Sequence record: OK428535.1
Source: Escherichia phage vB_EcoM_Lh1B
DNA length: 64,000 nucleotides
Direction: 5' to 3' (one strand)
This document shows positions 16,350 to 28,700 of this stretch, one piece after another. The translations under genes and the position numbers were made by a program. Position 1 is the first letter of the stretch, and each line of letters opens with the position of its first letter. Under the pieces are notes generated by a model, which worked only from the letters and a program-made list of their open reading frames with translations, ran no database searches and was not told where the DNA came from.

Positions 16350-19300
16350 TTAGGTACGGAACATAAGATTGACCTGGATAATATCAGGCTGTTGACGTCC
16401 TCTCTCGTTCACCCAATCGTGTGCAATCGTTAACGTAAGATCATCGCCTTCCCACGACACGATCGGTGGTGGGAATAAACCCTGAGCGCCCGTGGTAACA
16501 ACCGGGATTGCACCTGCCACATTCGTAAACGTATAGCTACGACTGTTCAGAACAACCGGTGTGCCGTGGGTCTCTCCCGGCTGTGGTAAGATTTGAATCT
16601 TACTATCCGAAAGATCGGTGGTGATTGGTAGACCCCCAGCGTCCGTGAAAAGCCAAGAGCAAATATNCTGGTTNGCTGTTTCGAGCGCTGAAGAACTCTT
16701 CACAGCCGCGAAAGTAAAGGTGCACGGCACGCCTGCTGGCAGAGAGTGCTGTTTGTGGTGCACGGTATGTGGTGACGGCAATAACACTTCTGGATTTTCG
16801 TCAATGTTAACATCCGTACCTTCCGCCTCGACGTTGTAGAAAAAGCCATCCACCGCCTCCCATGGGGCAACGTGGACATTAAAGGTCGTTTCTACTCCCG
16901 GTGTACCTGGGACGACGAATTTACTTTGCACCACCACCATCATAGTTCTTGAGGTCGGTGAGAAAGCGGGCGTTGGAATACCTACCCACTCCATTCCCAA
17001 CGATGCCGCTTCACCGTTCTCATCAGCCGTTACCGTCGCGATTGTTGTAGGATGTTTCCAAAACGCCCCCGACTTGTTTGCCTGAGTAAACGCCGGCAAA
17101 GTTTTCAAGCCTTCGAAACGTTTGGACACCATCGCTTTACCGCGACGCTGTGCGTCAGATACGGTATAAAGCAACTGACTATCCAGATAGCCTTTCGTAG
17201 CATCGATCGACAAAGGACCCATCGCTTCTTTACGCAATGGTGCCAGTCTGCCCGTTGCTGCATCCCTTCCCACTTCCACATCATGCTTATTCTCAACCGC
17301 CGCATGTTCCAACAGTTGTTTCACCGCCCCCAATCGCTTAGCATGTTCGACGTTAGTCTCGACGACTCGTGACGAGCCCGTTTTAACATACCCGATATAG
17401 AGTTCCGTTTCAGTGTCTGGATGTTGAATCACGTCCATTACGTACTTCGGTGTACCATTTTCTACCTTGGCGTGCAGGTAGAATGTCCGGTTCTGATGGT
17501 TTGTTGGAAATGCTGCGCTGAGGTCAATATACCACGTAGGCAGCTTATAAGTGCTCGAGCCGAAACGCAGGTCAACTTCCTCAGTCACATATACCAGCCA
17601 ACCTTCGGCTGTTTCCACNCCAGCAATGACGACCGATTCAGTCGGGCCACTAAAATTAGGAGCCGCGACAAAATCACTCGACGACATTGCGATACCACCA
17701 CAATAGACGTAGTCGAGAGATGAGTTGTGTAGCATCACCTGATCACGATGAGCCAGATAAGCTGGGCTGACTGGAGTGTGTGATGGTGCCATGCGTCCAA
17801 TGCCGTGTGGAGCAGAAGAACGCGTCCAGGTACCATTAGACAGCGTAAGACCAACACCGTAGTTAAGCGCACCCAAGTCGCCAATTTGGCGCAAGGTTAA
17901 CGTGTGTGGAAGATACAACCCGAACTGCGTACCATCTACTGACACCAGTGTAGGTTGTCCCGGCCGGCGTGTTTTTCCTCCCGTTATCTCACCCAACGTA
18001 GCATAGTTCAAGCCATAGTCGAGGTTGTTATAGAAGTCAAACAATGCCAATATCGCTGCCGGGAATGTTACCTGCCCGTTACTGATTGTTGGTTTCAGTG
18101 TAAAGTAGTAGATATCCAACAAGTTAACATTGTTCACAGTACGCGTACATGCTACTTGTGCTAACGTGAGCGGTGTGGCCGTACCAATGCCGATGAACCA
18201 AATGGAGAACAGTGCCTTTCCGGCGTTATTTGCGGCAAGGATAAATTCCGAAGCATAACCATTCGCAGCGCCAGCCGGTGCGCCGTCGATAATCATCTGC
18301 TTCATCTTATCCCATTCGGCTTGTGACAGCGTCAACCGATCGGCATGAATCGTGAAAGTGCCAGAAACGTTGTGGTAAGGGAATGTTTCTGGTCCTGTGC
18401 AATACCAGCCGTTTAACTCTGTACCAGGCGACGCCGGTGTAACAATGTGGCACATCTGCGACAGATTCTCGTACGTGGTAGAATCTACTACACGACGATT
18501 GTTAGTTGGTCCATACCCCGCTTTACCTGAATAAGTGGTGTTCGGATCAAACTCAACTTCAATTGCCAAACGGGTACGCGGCTGTGACAACCAGATAAGT
18601 CTGGAATTCGCTCCCAGAGTCAGCGGATACGCCATGCCCAGCTCGTAGATAGAACCACGACCTTGGTTTAACATTACCGCACTAAAACTTCTGGCAGTGA
18701 AGTTGTAGTCGCACGACAGGTACTCGTACCAACTCACACCGTCATCTAACGTTGTAATCGTGACATAAGGCATTAGGTCGCGATCGCCTGCATGTCCTTG
18801 CGAAACGATATACTTGTCTTGCGATGTTGCAAAGGTTCGGTTATTAGCTTGACCTTCGCCCCATTTCCGGCTCGGAATCCCAATCTCAGCGCCACCGTTA
18901 TAACGAACCGTGGTAAGATCGGCCACAATAGGGAATCGATCAGCACCTTCCAGCGTTATCGTCATTGAACTACAATCAACAACAAAGCTTGACACCCATT
19001 GTTTAAAGTTAATAGTTTGCCCTGTAGTAGAAGCAAACCAAACCGTTGGAGTTAAACCAACACGAAAGTTCAGCCCATCCACACCAATCGCGTGATTACA
19101 TTCCGGACCATGGACAAATTTCGTCGCACTATTCCACTTCGCCGATGCGTCTGCGTAGATTTGTGTTACTGGCGCTACCAACACATCTGTATCAGAACGN
19201 TTCTGACCCTGACGCAAGTAGATATTATCTCCCGACGTTAACATCCCACCTGTTAACACATCCGCCACAAACGTGTTGCTACCACCCAGATTAAGTTCGT

Positions 19301-21533
19301 CGAGTGCGATGCTACGCATACTCACGAAATAGTCACCGGAGGTAAGCACAGTACGGAGCAGATAAACCCGCTCGTTGCAAACGATCAAATCGTTTGTTGA
19401 TGGATCAACAACCCATGGAGCGGTTGTAACTGACACCGGCCCGTTACCATTTCGGTAATCGCCCAACTGAACTTTAACAACACGATGATGTTTTGCATGG
19501 TCAATGGTGCCGTCAAAGATGACCAGGTAGTACGCACCGTCACTGCCTAAGCAGATCATTGCATCTGTACCGGTAATCACAATAGCAACCAGATTCACCC
19601 CAGGATACGCCGACATTCCAGCGGGTCGATAACGTACGGACGTCTGCTGCATATTTTCCAGCGTATTGCTTGGCGACACATCAGCATAGGCGTAATAGAT
19701 AGCCCAGTCACCTGGTGGATTCCCGTTAGAACCATTACGGAGCGAGTAAACCTTACCAGACTCGTAACGCGCCAAACCTTTCTGCCAGGTTTGGTTTTTG
19801 GTATACCCTTCGTAGTTCCCCTGGACAGGTATAGGCAAGAAGTTATTGTTGCCGTACGATGATCCGCCGACAGTCCATGCGGGCAACAGCGTAGCAATCT
19901 TGTCATTCAGTGTGTCAATCTTTTGTTCAAGCAAGAAGCCCTGACGCGAAGTGACCATCTTATCCGAGGTAGTGTCGATTGCATCCCACAGTTTAGCCAA
20001 ACCTGTAACAGACGTGGATGCGTACGGCACGTTATCGAGATCTGCAATGGTGTGGGTGTGCGTTGTAAGCGCTTTGCCTGATAGCACGGTGCGCAACGCA
20101 TTAGTAACCGGTTTCTCCAGCGGCCCGGTATTGTTCATCTTCTCAATACCGAAATCTGCCGCGGTTAAGGTCAGATGCATCTGCCCGTTTGAATCTAATA
20201 CAAACCCTTTACCATTGACTGTATACGTGTCGTCCACATATCCGTCGAGTTTGTTCTTCAAGTCAGTAACAGCTTTTTGGGAAATCGCTGTGGANGCCGC
20301 AGCGGACGCCGAAAGGTTAGTAATCGCAAACAAACCCTGCACAGTTGTGGTTGCTGCAGGCAGCTCCGCATTCATGTAAACTTTGTTTGTTTCTTTACCA
20401 GAGCCGTAAATCTTCAACGTGTCGCTGGACTTGAAGTAGGCGTTTGCTGGAAGTATCTTCACCGAGGTCAAGTACATCTTAACCATATCCGGTGTAACGA
20501 GATACACGCTGTTATACACAGGTGCAAGCACACCTGCATCATAAGCGCCCCACTTGTCACCTGCTTTACCCGAGTGAACCCAAAGCGTGTTCAGACCAGC
20601 ACTGAACTCCGTAGCGATACCCGGTTCGTTGTTATCCCGGTCAGCTTTTAATACCAGCGGTTTTGTCGAGGTGATAATGAACTTCTCACCCTTCATGCTG
20701 ATAACGTGACCAGACGTTGTTTGGAACGTAATCGCGTCGTTATTCAGAACACGCATACGGCCCAGTAAATCGCCCAGGGTATTATCCAGAAGCATGTCAA
20801 CGTGTTTCTGTTGGATGCCACTGGTAGACATTAACGTCACTAACTCTGCCAGTGTACGTCCAAACGCTTTAGTCGCATCCACGGCCTTACCGAGCACAGG
20901 GAGTGCGCCAATGTCACCGCAGGTGTAACCATGTGCATTTTTAATCAGGTGGTGTTGATACATTTCGTCATCAAACACCTGTTTACCGTTCTGATAAATC
21001 AAATCGGTAACTTCGGCAAATGCCTCATCCAGTTCGTGGGCGCGCTCTAAAATACCCAGACGGATATCTTCCAACGCCTTTACGATTTCATCGCGAAGAA
21101 TCGCTTCTTCGAGATCTTTTGGCGGGTCGATTGGCGAGATAATCGGTGGATATTTCATCAGCTCAGACCAATCGCAGTTGCGCGGGTCTTTCATATCCGT
21201 CTTAACCAGATACTTGCCGATTTCAGAAGCAGGGATGCGGTACTGTCGACCAACCGACAACAACTCGTATTCTACCTCTGTGGCGTTCAGCAGCATTATG
21301 CTGCCGTATATTGCATCGTTCTCAGCCTCGGCTAATTCCTGGAAGTAATGTCCTAAGAAATAATCAAGACCTTCTATTAACTTGCGTTTGGTTCCGGTTA
21401 TTTTATCGGTAACGGTTAACGTTAACCCGATGCGATAGAACGGTGCTTCGACGGGAATGACCGTCGAATAACGGTTCGGGTAAGTAGCGGTACTGAGGGT
21501 ACCGTTAAACTGCGCCGCATCTTCTCTCGGCAT
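16350..21533 (-). CDS. tail fibre protein (about 1727 aa)
   Basis: Giant ORF; ATG at 21533 with AGGAGT RBS; N-terminal anchor motif (PFY...GLDYF) shared with the other fibre genes. Confidence 0.7.
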   Translation of the reverse strand: MPREDAAQFNGTLSTATYPNRYSTVIPVEAPFYRIGLTLTVTDKITGTKRKLIEGLDYFLGHYFQELAEAENDAIYGSIMLLNATEVEYELLSVGRQYRIPASEIGKYLVKTDMKDPRNCDWSELMKYPPIISPIDPPKDLEEAILRDEIVKALEDIRLGILERAHELDEAFAEVTDLIYQNGKQVFDDEMYQHHLIKNAHGYTCGDIGALPVLGKAVDATKAFGRTLAELVTLMSTSGIQQKHVDMLLDNTLGDLLGRMRVLNNDAITFQTTSGHVISMKGEKFIITSTKPLVLKADRDNNEPGIATEFSAGLNTLWVHSGKAGDKWGAYDAGVLAPVYNSVYLVTPDMVKMYLTSVKILPANAYFKSSDTLKIYGSGKETNKVYMNAELPAATTTVQGLFAITNLSASAAXSTAISQKAVTDLKNKLDGYVDDTYTVNGKGFVLDSNGQMHLTLTAADFGIEKMNNTGPLEKPVTNALRTVLSGKALTTHTHTIADLDNVPYASTSVTGLAKLWDAIDTTSDKMVTSRQGFLLEQKIDTLNDKIATLLPAWTVGGSSYGNNNFLPIPVQGNYEGYTKNQTWQKGLARYESGKVYSLRNGSNGNPPGDWAIYYAYADVSPSNTLENMQQTSVRYRPAGMSAYPGVNLVAIVITGTDAMICLGSDGAYYLVIFDGTIDHAKHHRVVKVQLGDYRNGNGPVSVTTAPWVVDPSTNDLIVCNERVYLLRTVLTSGDYFVSMRSIALDELNLGGSNTFVADVLTGGMLTSGDNIYLRQGQXRSDTDVLVAPVTQIYADASAKWNSATKFVHGPECNHAIGVDGLNFRVGLTPTVWFASTTGQTINFKQWVSSFVVDCSSMTITLEGADRFPIVADLTTVRYNGGAEIGIPSRKWGEGQANNRTFATSQDKYIVSQGHAGDRDLMPYVTITTLDDGVSWYEYLSCDYNFTARSFSAVMLNQGRGSIYELGMAYPLTLGANSRLIWLSQPRTRLAIEVEFDPNTTYSGKAGYGPTNNRRVVDSTTYENLSQMCHIVTPASPGTELNGWYCTGPETFPYHNVSGTFTIHADRLTLSQAEWDKMKQMIIDGAPAGAANGYASEFILAANNAGKALFSIWFIGIGTATPLTLAQVACTRTVNNVNLLDIYYFTLKPTISNGQVTFPAAILALFDFYNNLDYGLNYATLGEITGGKTRRPGQPTLVSVDGTQFGLYLPHTLTLRQIGDLGALNYGVGLTLSNGTWTRSSAPHGIGRMAPSHTPVSPAYLAHRDQVMLHNSSLDYVYCGGIAMSSSDFVAAPNFSGPTESVVIAXVETAEGWLVYVTEEVDLRFGSSTYKLPTWYIDLSAAFPTNHQNRTFYLHAKVENGTPKYVMDVIQHPDTETELYIGYVKTGSSRVVETNVEHAKRLGAVKQLLEHAAVENKHDVEVGRDAATGRLAPLRKEAMGPLSIDATKGYLDSQLLYTVSDAQRRGKAMVSKRFEGLKTLPAFTQANKSGAFWKHPTTIATVTADENGEAASLGMEWVGIPTPAFSPTSRTMMVVVQSKFVVPGTPGVETTFNVHVAPWEAVDGFFYNVEAEGTDVNIDENPEVLLPSPHTVHHKQHSLPAGVPCTFTFAAVKSSSALETXNQXICSWLFTDAGGLPITTDLSDSKIQILPQPGETHGTPVVLNSRSYTFTNVAGAIPVVTTGAQGLFPPPIVSWEGDDLTLTIAHDWVNERGRQQPDIIQVNLMFRT

Positions 21534-21546
21534 TGCAAACACTCCT

Positions 21547-21592
21547 AATCTGTAATAAAACGGAGACCGCCCTCCCAATAACGGAAGGGCGG
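21547..21592 (-). terminator. intra-operon terminator/attenuator
   Basis: Hairpin CCGCCCTCC...GGAAGGGCGG followed on the minus strand by TTTTATT, between the 1376-aa and 1727-aa fibre genes. Confidence 0.4.
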
Positions 21593-21628
21593 TTTACCTA
21601 CGGACTACCCGCCCGTAGGCAGTCCGTC

Positions 21629-24600
21629 CTAAGAGGCCCACTCACCCGAGTTGTTGCCTTCGTTTCTACGTTCAGTATCCAACGTTTGTAAAATCCAATC
21701 CCATGTCCTGGTGGGGATGTGGAATGGATTACGCTTCTCAATGAGAATCGTCTCGCCACCCGTGCGAAGTTCCACCGGTGTCGTTTCAGTAATCACGAAC
21801 ATCGGATTACCACTACTACCCACACCGTTAATAGTGAACTTCGCTTGTAGCGGCGGCACAGAACCTTCCGGAGGCACGAACACGATGTGAATTGGCTGCA
21901 TCGGTTTCGTGCGGGCAAGAGTCCCAGATATCTGAACAGCTGTTGTCGATGCACTGAAAGGTATAACATTACCCGGAATTTTCTCACTACCCACGACGAT
22001 ATATCCAGGGTAGTTAGAGAGCATTGTCCCATTTACCGACACAAAACGCTCAGTTTGAGTTGGGCGATAAGCCCGCATAAAGCCGTACTTCCATTCACCA
22101 CCGTTAGACGTATAGTCTGCAGGAGCCGACTCAAGTAGCGGAGCACCACGTTTCTGCAGCCCTTTATAAAACGGCGCTGGGAGTTTACCGTTCGGTGCAA
22201 GTTCCGGATAACCCTCACTTGCAGCAGACATCGTGATGTATTCCGTAACCGGGTGATCAACGTTATCTCCAAATGACGCAAAAGGTACCGTTGTTACTGT
22301 CATCTCCTCGTGGCCGGAAGACTGTCTATCTGGTGTCCTTTCAATATACGACTCAAACAGTGAACGTAAATAATGGAAACGATTTATATCCACATCTGAG
22401 ATGATCGGCTGCATCAAACCGTGGTTAATAGTCACGTTGTCTCCAGTTTCAATACCGGAAACGTGGATGGCTAGCGCCCCACCTTTAAAGTAATCGATCG
22501 CATCAAACGGAATGTCGTATTCCATTTCGTAAACCTGCACCAGCGGATTGGCTATCAACTTAGAAACCATTGAGATGCGCAGTACCTGCGTATCAACAAT
22601 GTATCGATAACGTACAAGCCAACGATCTCCAAGCGGCGCAAGCTCACTATCGGTATGAACCGAAAGAAAATCTAAACACTCGGTAGATTGGCTCGTCAGG
22701 TTTTTAATTACCCTCGGATTTTCAAGCACCTTATTTGTAACACTGCCCTGCGTGGTCGAGATGATGCCTCCAGTTGCTTGGTTATAAGGAGACGTGATGA
22801 AGCCACAATTCAATTCTGGACGATTGCCACTCCATCTCAGTACCCTAGTCTTGCTTTTATCATCTGCAGACGGGGCCATGAAGTTTAATGTGATATCGCG
22901 ATCGCGAACAGTTTGCGCTTCCGACAAATCAACATCGACCACCACAGAACCTTCAAACGTCGCCATCCCTTTTTCTTTCGGGTTGCTTGGTGTAAACCAG
23001 CAGTACGGTGATGCGCTTTCTGTGGAGACAACCGCTCCAACAAACACTAGGCTTGAAATGGTGCTATCAAATTTATAATCGAATAACCCTCGGTCTAATC
23101 GAATATAGTGGTTACCAGAAACTGGACTATTAGGGTACGCATAAAGCCACTGTTTAGGCAACGGATCGACTTTGTTTAGCGGTAACATTTTTGGGTTATC
23201 CGTCAACGACCAGTCGGCATTACTCACTCCGTGTGCCAGACGTGTTTCGAAGTGCCGTTTAAGTTCGGACGCCATGCCAAAATCAAACGTCGTTTCAAAC
23301 TCGTAAGTCGTACCTGCAACCAATCCCGTCTCTGGTACATCAATATGTCCGATATAGCCGCGTTCCAAGTTAATACCTTCCGTGTCCACAATAGGTTCGG
23401 CGCGCGAATATAACGCATCGGTTATCATGTTCACATAGAGGTAATGCCTTAAACCATTCGGCGTCTTAACAAACTCCTGCAGGCGGGCAACTTTGGTGTT
23501 TTTATCCGAGGCCCCAACCGCAAAGTCACCGTCGTAAATTGTGAAACGAATTGCGGCTGCTTTAGCGCTATCGTTACACTCGGCACGGAATGCTAAGCAG
23601 TGTTGCTTCCACCCCTCCTTGACAGTCGCCTCCAGATACCCCGCTTCTGTAATACCCGCACCGATAATTTCACCGTCCAGATAAACAGAAACAGCACCAC
23701 CGCCACGAACCCAAATCCGCAGCTTACCAGAGTCGCAACGAACCCACGTTTTCGCCAAGAGGTTAACGACTGACAAATCACCCATTCCGGTTGTCGTTAA
23801 ACCAATCTGCGCACCGTAGTTCGTTTCCGGGACGGCAACCTCAAACCCACTAAAATCAATACCGGCACCGGTATTAATTACCGCGTTCTGCCACGTTCTT
23901 TCCATACGGTTATCTGGAGAGAACCACTGGAACATCGGTGTGGTTTGCAGGTCTATCGAACCAGATACCGTCCCCTCTTTACGTGCGCCATTTAACAGAT
24001 AGAAATAATTCAAATCCGTTATGGCGAGTGTGGTACGTGCTGACCCCACAGTCCAAGTCTTACCACGCACAGCGGCAAAATCGGTCACGGAATCCTCTTT
24101 CGCGTTTGCTAGCGCAGCTGCAACTACGTCTAAACGTTTTGACAAATCGTTCAGAACGTTCGGGGTAACGCCGCGATTACCCGACAAGCCGTTTAGGTTG
24201 GTAGAATATCGAGCGATACCGGGAACTGTTTGAGAAGCCGTTGGGATCTGTAAATCGGCGAAGTTGTGATGATGGCCTTTATCGCTAAGACCGGTAACTG
24301 CTTCTGCCAACGCATCAGAAAGTGGTTTATCGACGTCAGCTGTGTTATCAGCCAAGTCCAGACCCAAATCCTTTTTCGTTAGCGTTCGGCTACCAGTGTC
24401 CATCGGCTGGTTATTCAGCAGCGTTGTCTTCCTGACGTACGAAGACAGATCACCCTCGTACGGTAAGAGCGAAGCTGGGGTGGCTGCTTGTCCTTTGACT
24501 ACATCGCTCGGCTTATCAGTCAGCGTCACAACGCCGGGTTCAGAGGTCGTGGCGGGTTTGGCTGTAACCTTCCCGGTGACGGGATCGGCTTTTGACCCTT

Positions 24601-25759
24601 TGCCCGTGAAAGTAATACCGTTCACCCCGCTAATGTACAGTTTGTTGTCATCCGGGTCAACGGTACCGCCGCCGGTACCAGGGTCTTGTTGATAGCCCAT
24701 GAGAGCGGTGGTGGTCAGCAACGTTGTTCCGTTAAGTGTCAGCTTATCCATCCCCAAGGCACTGCCGGTTGACTCAATACGTAACGTATTGATGCCTGCT
24801 TTCCACTCCATAAACCGGACGGTTCCAGTAGTGTCAGCATACCCACACGCCAGCACGACAGAGCCATTAGATTTAAGAGTGAATGCCTCAGCAGAGAACA
24901 CAATTTCGGATTCGCCAGCAGGAGAACGGAACAGGGCACGAGTACCAGATATCGTCGCGTTAAACACCCCTTTGGATTCTTTCGATACCCATTTAGAAAT
25001 GTACTTGTCGATATCCGATTGTTGCAGGCCCAGTGCACGGACCTCGCTGGTTAATTGACGCAACGTCTTTCCATACGCCAGGAAAGTATCTGGCGTTTTC
25101 AGGTTGACAGGATGCGCCCCGGCCTGCGCCGCGGTAGTCCCATGAGGGTTAGTGGACGCAATGTGTCCGGGGTAGTTAAATGTGGCGATTTCAGTTCCTA
25201 AGCCCAGAACCGTATCTTTCAGCTCGGTAAGCTTTTCACGAATCTGCTCGTTGGCCGCCCCGGCATCTAACTCCACATCATGCACTGCAGAGGCAACATA
25301 CTTTTTATTCAGCATGTCTGACCAAGCTACCGCTGCGGGGGTGGCTGGGTACAGGGAAGGTCGATTACCTAAAAGCAGCCAATCTGCAGCCGTTGGATTG
25401 TTGAGAGCCTTAATTAACTCATCCAACATCTCAATCAGACCACTGTAAAACGTACCCCCGAGCATCTGGCCTTCAAAGACCACTGCACCACGCAGTTTAG
25501 GGTTAATAAGATGCACCCCACAGAACACCGGGGTCGTCACCGAGTCGTCCAACGGCGTTAAAGCATACTCCAGCTCATAGTCCGTCCCGCGGGTAAGCGG
25601 TATGGTCGAGCCGGCGAGCATTACCACCAATCCTTCGAAAAATGGGCGATGATCTAGCATCACCACCCGATCGTTAGGATTGTCGGAGTCGATGATACGT
25701 TCCTCGATGAAGTGACACTCGGGATTTACACCCCGAGGATCGTAAGGATACGTTTTCAT
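21629..25759 (-). CDS. tail fibre protein (1376 aa)
   Basis: Giant ORF with AAGGAG RBS; N-terminal PFFEGLVV...RGTDYELEY anchor motif. Confidence 0.7.
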   Translation of the reverse strand: MKTYPYDPRGVNPECHFIEERIIDSDNPNDRVVMLDHRPFFEGLVVMLAGSTIPLTRGTDYELEYALTPLDDSVTTPVFCGVHLINPKLRGAVVFEGQMLGGTFYSGLIEMLDELIKALNNPTAADWLLLGNRPSLYPATPAAVAWSDMLNKKYVASAVHDVELDAGAANEQIREKLTELKDTVLGLGTEIATFNYPGHIASTNPHGTTAAQAGAHPVNLKTPDTFLAYGKTLRQLTSEVRALGLQQSDIDKYISKWVSKESKGVFNATISGTRALFRSPAGESEIVFSAEAFTLKSNGSVVLACGYADTTGTVRFMEWKAGINTLRIESTGSALGMDKLTLNGTTLLTTTALMGYQQDPGTGGGTVDPDDNKLYISGVNGITFTGKGSKADPVTGKVTAKPATTSEPGVVTLTDKPSDVVKGQAATPASLLPYEGDLSSYVRKTTLLNNQPMDTGSRTLTKKDLGLDLADNTADVDKPLSDALAEAVTGLSDKGHHHNFADLQIPTASQTVPGIARYSTNLNGLSGNRGVTPNVLNDLSKRLDVVAAALANAKEDSVTDFAAVRGKTWTVGSARTTLAITDLNYFYLLNGARKEGTVSGSIDLQTTPMFQWFSPDNRMERTWQNAVINTGAGIDFSGFEVAVPETNYGAQIGLTTTGMGDLSVVNLLAKTWVRCDSGKLRIWVRGGGAVSVYLDGEIIGAGITEAGYLEATVKEGWKQHCLAFRAECNDSAKAAAIRFTIYDGDFAVGASDKNTKVARLQEFVKTPNGLRHYLYVNMITDALYSRAEPIVDTEGINLERGYIGHIDVPETGLVAGTTYEFETTFDFGMASELKRHFETRLAHGVSNADWSLTDNPKMLPLNKVDPLPKQWLYAYPNSPVSGNHYIRLDRGLFDYKFDSTISSLVFVGAVVSTESASPYCWFTPSNPKEKGMATFEGSVVVDVDLSEAQTVRDRDITLNFMAPSADDKSKTRVLRWSGNRPELNCGFITSPYNQATGGIISTTQGSVTNKVLENPRVIKNLTSQSTECLDFLSVHTDSELAPLGDRWLVRYRYIVDTQVLRISMVSKLIANPLVQVYEMEYDIPFDAIDYFKGGALAIHVSGIETGDNVTINHGLMQPIISDVDINRFHYLRSLFESYIERTPDRQSSGHEEMTVTTVPFASFGDNVDHPVTEYITMSAASEGYPELAPNGKLPAPFYKGLQKRGAPLLESAPADYTSNGGEWKYGFMRAYRPTQTERFVSVNGTMLSNYPGYIVVGSEKIPGNVIPFSASTTAVQISGTLARTKPMQPIHIVFVPPEGSVPPLQAKFTINGVGSSGNPMFVITETTPVELRTGGETILIEKRNPFHIPTRTWDWILQTLDTERRNEGNNSGEWAS

Positions 25760-25771
25760 TCAAAAATCTCC

Positions 25772-28700
25772 TTAATCACGAATAATAAGTGTTCGACCTG
25801 ACGTGTTTTTCGGATTGAACGTCATCATCTTGGATGGGTGCGCCGCCGGTGGAATTTTACCTGTATCCACTGGTCGGAACGAACTGTATGAATAGTTGCA
25901 CATCGCGCTGTTCATCTCATTAATCGTTGAACCTGCATCCACCACGCCAGTAAAGAATCTTGCGCGGTTTAAGCCGGAATAGTTAATCGCATAGTCAAGG
26001 AACGTGGCGTAATAACGATTCTTTGTCGGCATCGTGTTCAGGTTAGCGTAAGTCAAACGCGCTTCTGTGTCGGAACTAAACAAACCACCCACGCCGTGAT
26101 AAATCGGCGTACTCGGATCGGTAATCAGTTTCGTCAAGTCGATATAGTCAGGACGGAGACGGGTAGACAAATCCTCAGTCCACGACTCGCCGGTCGACTG
26201 CAAGGTGTATTTCAGCGTCTTTGTTGTCGCGGTTAGCGTCAGCTCAAAGTTGATCGTTTTGGAATCGATGTTAATCGTTCCCACGAACGAAATACCGTCC
26301 GCTGTTCGCGCGTGGCTGAAACGCACCGATGGATTAAGTGCCGTCCAGTCATGGCCGGAACCAGTGACGCCGTTCAAGCCAATAACAACCTGTGCAGCAC
26401 GTCCGTAGTTAACCGCGATTCCCGCATACGTGCTCACGCCGCCTGGAGTGGTAATACGCCCTGCGGTGCGTGCGACGAGTACAGAAATACGGTGCATGAA
26501 CGTGGCCGAGTGATGGCAACACCCAATTACCGTTTCTAGCACACTGTCCGCTGTTGCGGTTAAAGGTGTCCACGTCGCGGTAATGCCGTTATTCTGGAAC
26601 ATCGGGAATGTGTTGTGGACAAAACGATAATNGGTTACAGATAAACTGGTTGTTTTAAACGTCCATTTATCAGCAGCCGGATCGTAGTCCGCTTTCAACA
26701 TAGGCGTATAGCTGCTAGCCTGCGCGTAACGCCAATCGGCATCTATACGTTTTGTACCCGGTGCACCCGTGGACCACACAGGCCCGCCCGTACCGTAAGT
26801 AAATCCGAAATCAGCTTGCGTCATGCCCCGACGAATATGGGCGTTATCATCCTCGATATGCTCGCCTAATTCACGGAACTCACCTAAACGCGTCACGTTG
26901 CGGATTTCTACAAAAACCACACCGGTTTCACTGGTGACGATGGAACCTATTTTGGTCATCGTCTCAGTTTCTGCCGTGTTTGGATTTTCGTAGATAATGT
27001 ACTTGCCATCATNGCCCGCCGCGTCAACATACACGCCAAACTCGGCATCTTCGTGCGTCGCTGGGAATAGCTCAGCCAAGTTAAATGTGGAGAGAGGTAC
27101 TTTGTACTCGCGACCAACGAAATAATCGTTCGCTTTAATAGTAACCATCCAGTCGGTGTAAGTGATGCCGTTTTCAATGATATCCGTGCCGGGTAAACCG
27201 TAACGAATAATGTTGATTGAAGCACCAGAGTCGACTGTCTTCGCAACCTTCTCTATCTCTGTGATGGCGTCCGCCTGTCGGATGACCTCAGCGCCGTCTA
27301 ATGCCAGCGTGGCATCGTCAACCGCGGTGCCGAACTGTACTAAACCGAACTCCGTCGTTGTTGCACGCTTAATCCCGAGCGCATCAGGAGTGTGTGTGTG
27401 ACCGACGACTGCATACTTGTCCAGCTCAGCTCGTTGGAGCGGGGAAATCGGCAATTGCACATCTGGGATGTTCTGTACGTTCGATAAGCCGAAGTTAGTT
27501 TTATCGATGTAAATGGAACNCGTCAGCGGCATGTCGTTGATGTACGATTTAACGGCAACCAACTTGCCCGTAAACTGCTGATCCAATTTCTTGATGAGTG
27601 CCGGCGTTGCGGCCAAGTCCTCACGATCACCGAATTCAGTAGCCAACAAACGGACAGCCATCAGGCCAAGGTCATCGGACTCCGGTGGAACAAAAGTACA
27701 AATGAACGGAACAGACTGAATACCGTTACCGTTAATGGTTACAGTAGCTGTGGATGTTCCGTAAAACAGTCCATCACCACCCGACTCGTTACCCGGCAGG
27801 TACGGCCCGACCGTAGTAGGGTCCAACAGTTTCTTACCGTTGAACTCCAATCCACGGGAATCCGGATAAAGGATGAGTTGGTTAGCCCCACCTTGCCATG
27901 TAATCGGATTGTTCCCGGCGTTAACGGTTTGCGAATCGCGTCCAATAAAACGNATAACCCTCGGGTCAACCGTAAATTGTGCACCCACGCCTTCAGACTC
28001 ATCGGTACCCACTGCCGACGTTATTGAAGTCAGGCCAGGCTTCATGCCGAACGTGCCGTTGATAGACTGTGCAGCCGTCGGTAAACGTAAAAGCTTATTC
28101 GCCAGCGCTGACAGTTTCGGCAACAGATTGTTAACGTAATCTGTCAGCTGCGGTTGCGTTTTTCCGTATACCAGTGTCGCGTCCGAAGCAATACCGTTAT
28201 TCTCCAAAGCACGGATTGCGCCCCACGAATCGCGATGCGGGTTATCCTTGCGCGGCACGTGTGTGTGTGCCGGTGCATCACGGTACAGTTTATCGACAAT
28301 CTGGTGATATTTTACCAGCAGCTGGTACACGTCATTGTTAACGTCAGGTGACGGTGCGCCTGGTAATGAACGAATCTGGACGTAATCGTTCTCACCCGCC
28401 CACCAGTTTAGGTTGACGCCCGATTTAAACTTCAACCATTTAGCGACATCAGTTTTCTGATACCCTGGTGCAAATTCGCTCGGCGGGTTGTCAACGTTAA
28501 AGCTGTAGTTAACGGTTTGCTTGCTTGTTTTAACGGTGATGTCGTAAATGCCGTTACCTTCGCGTCTGACCACGCTAAACTCAACCTCACCCGCCAACTC
28601 GGCATCGGTCAGGCCAGTCGTCAACGTATAGCTGTAATTAGACGAACCGGAACCAATCGCTGTCGTTAAGGTAAGATAAATCGCGCGTTGCTTCAACTGA

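Noticed and set aside
16618-20651. Many 60-140-aa ORFs on the plus strand inside the giant minus-strand fibre genes (e.g. 16618-16839, 17052-17372, 19951-20379, 20277-20651), and similar antisense or out-of-frame ORFs within other long genes
   Set aside because: They lie entirely within much longer, better-supported ORFs on the opposite strand, lack RBSs and have no recognisable motifs; treated as frame artefacts.
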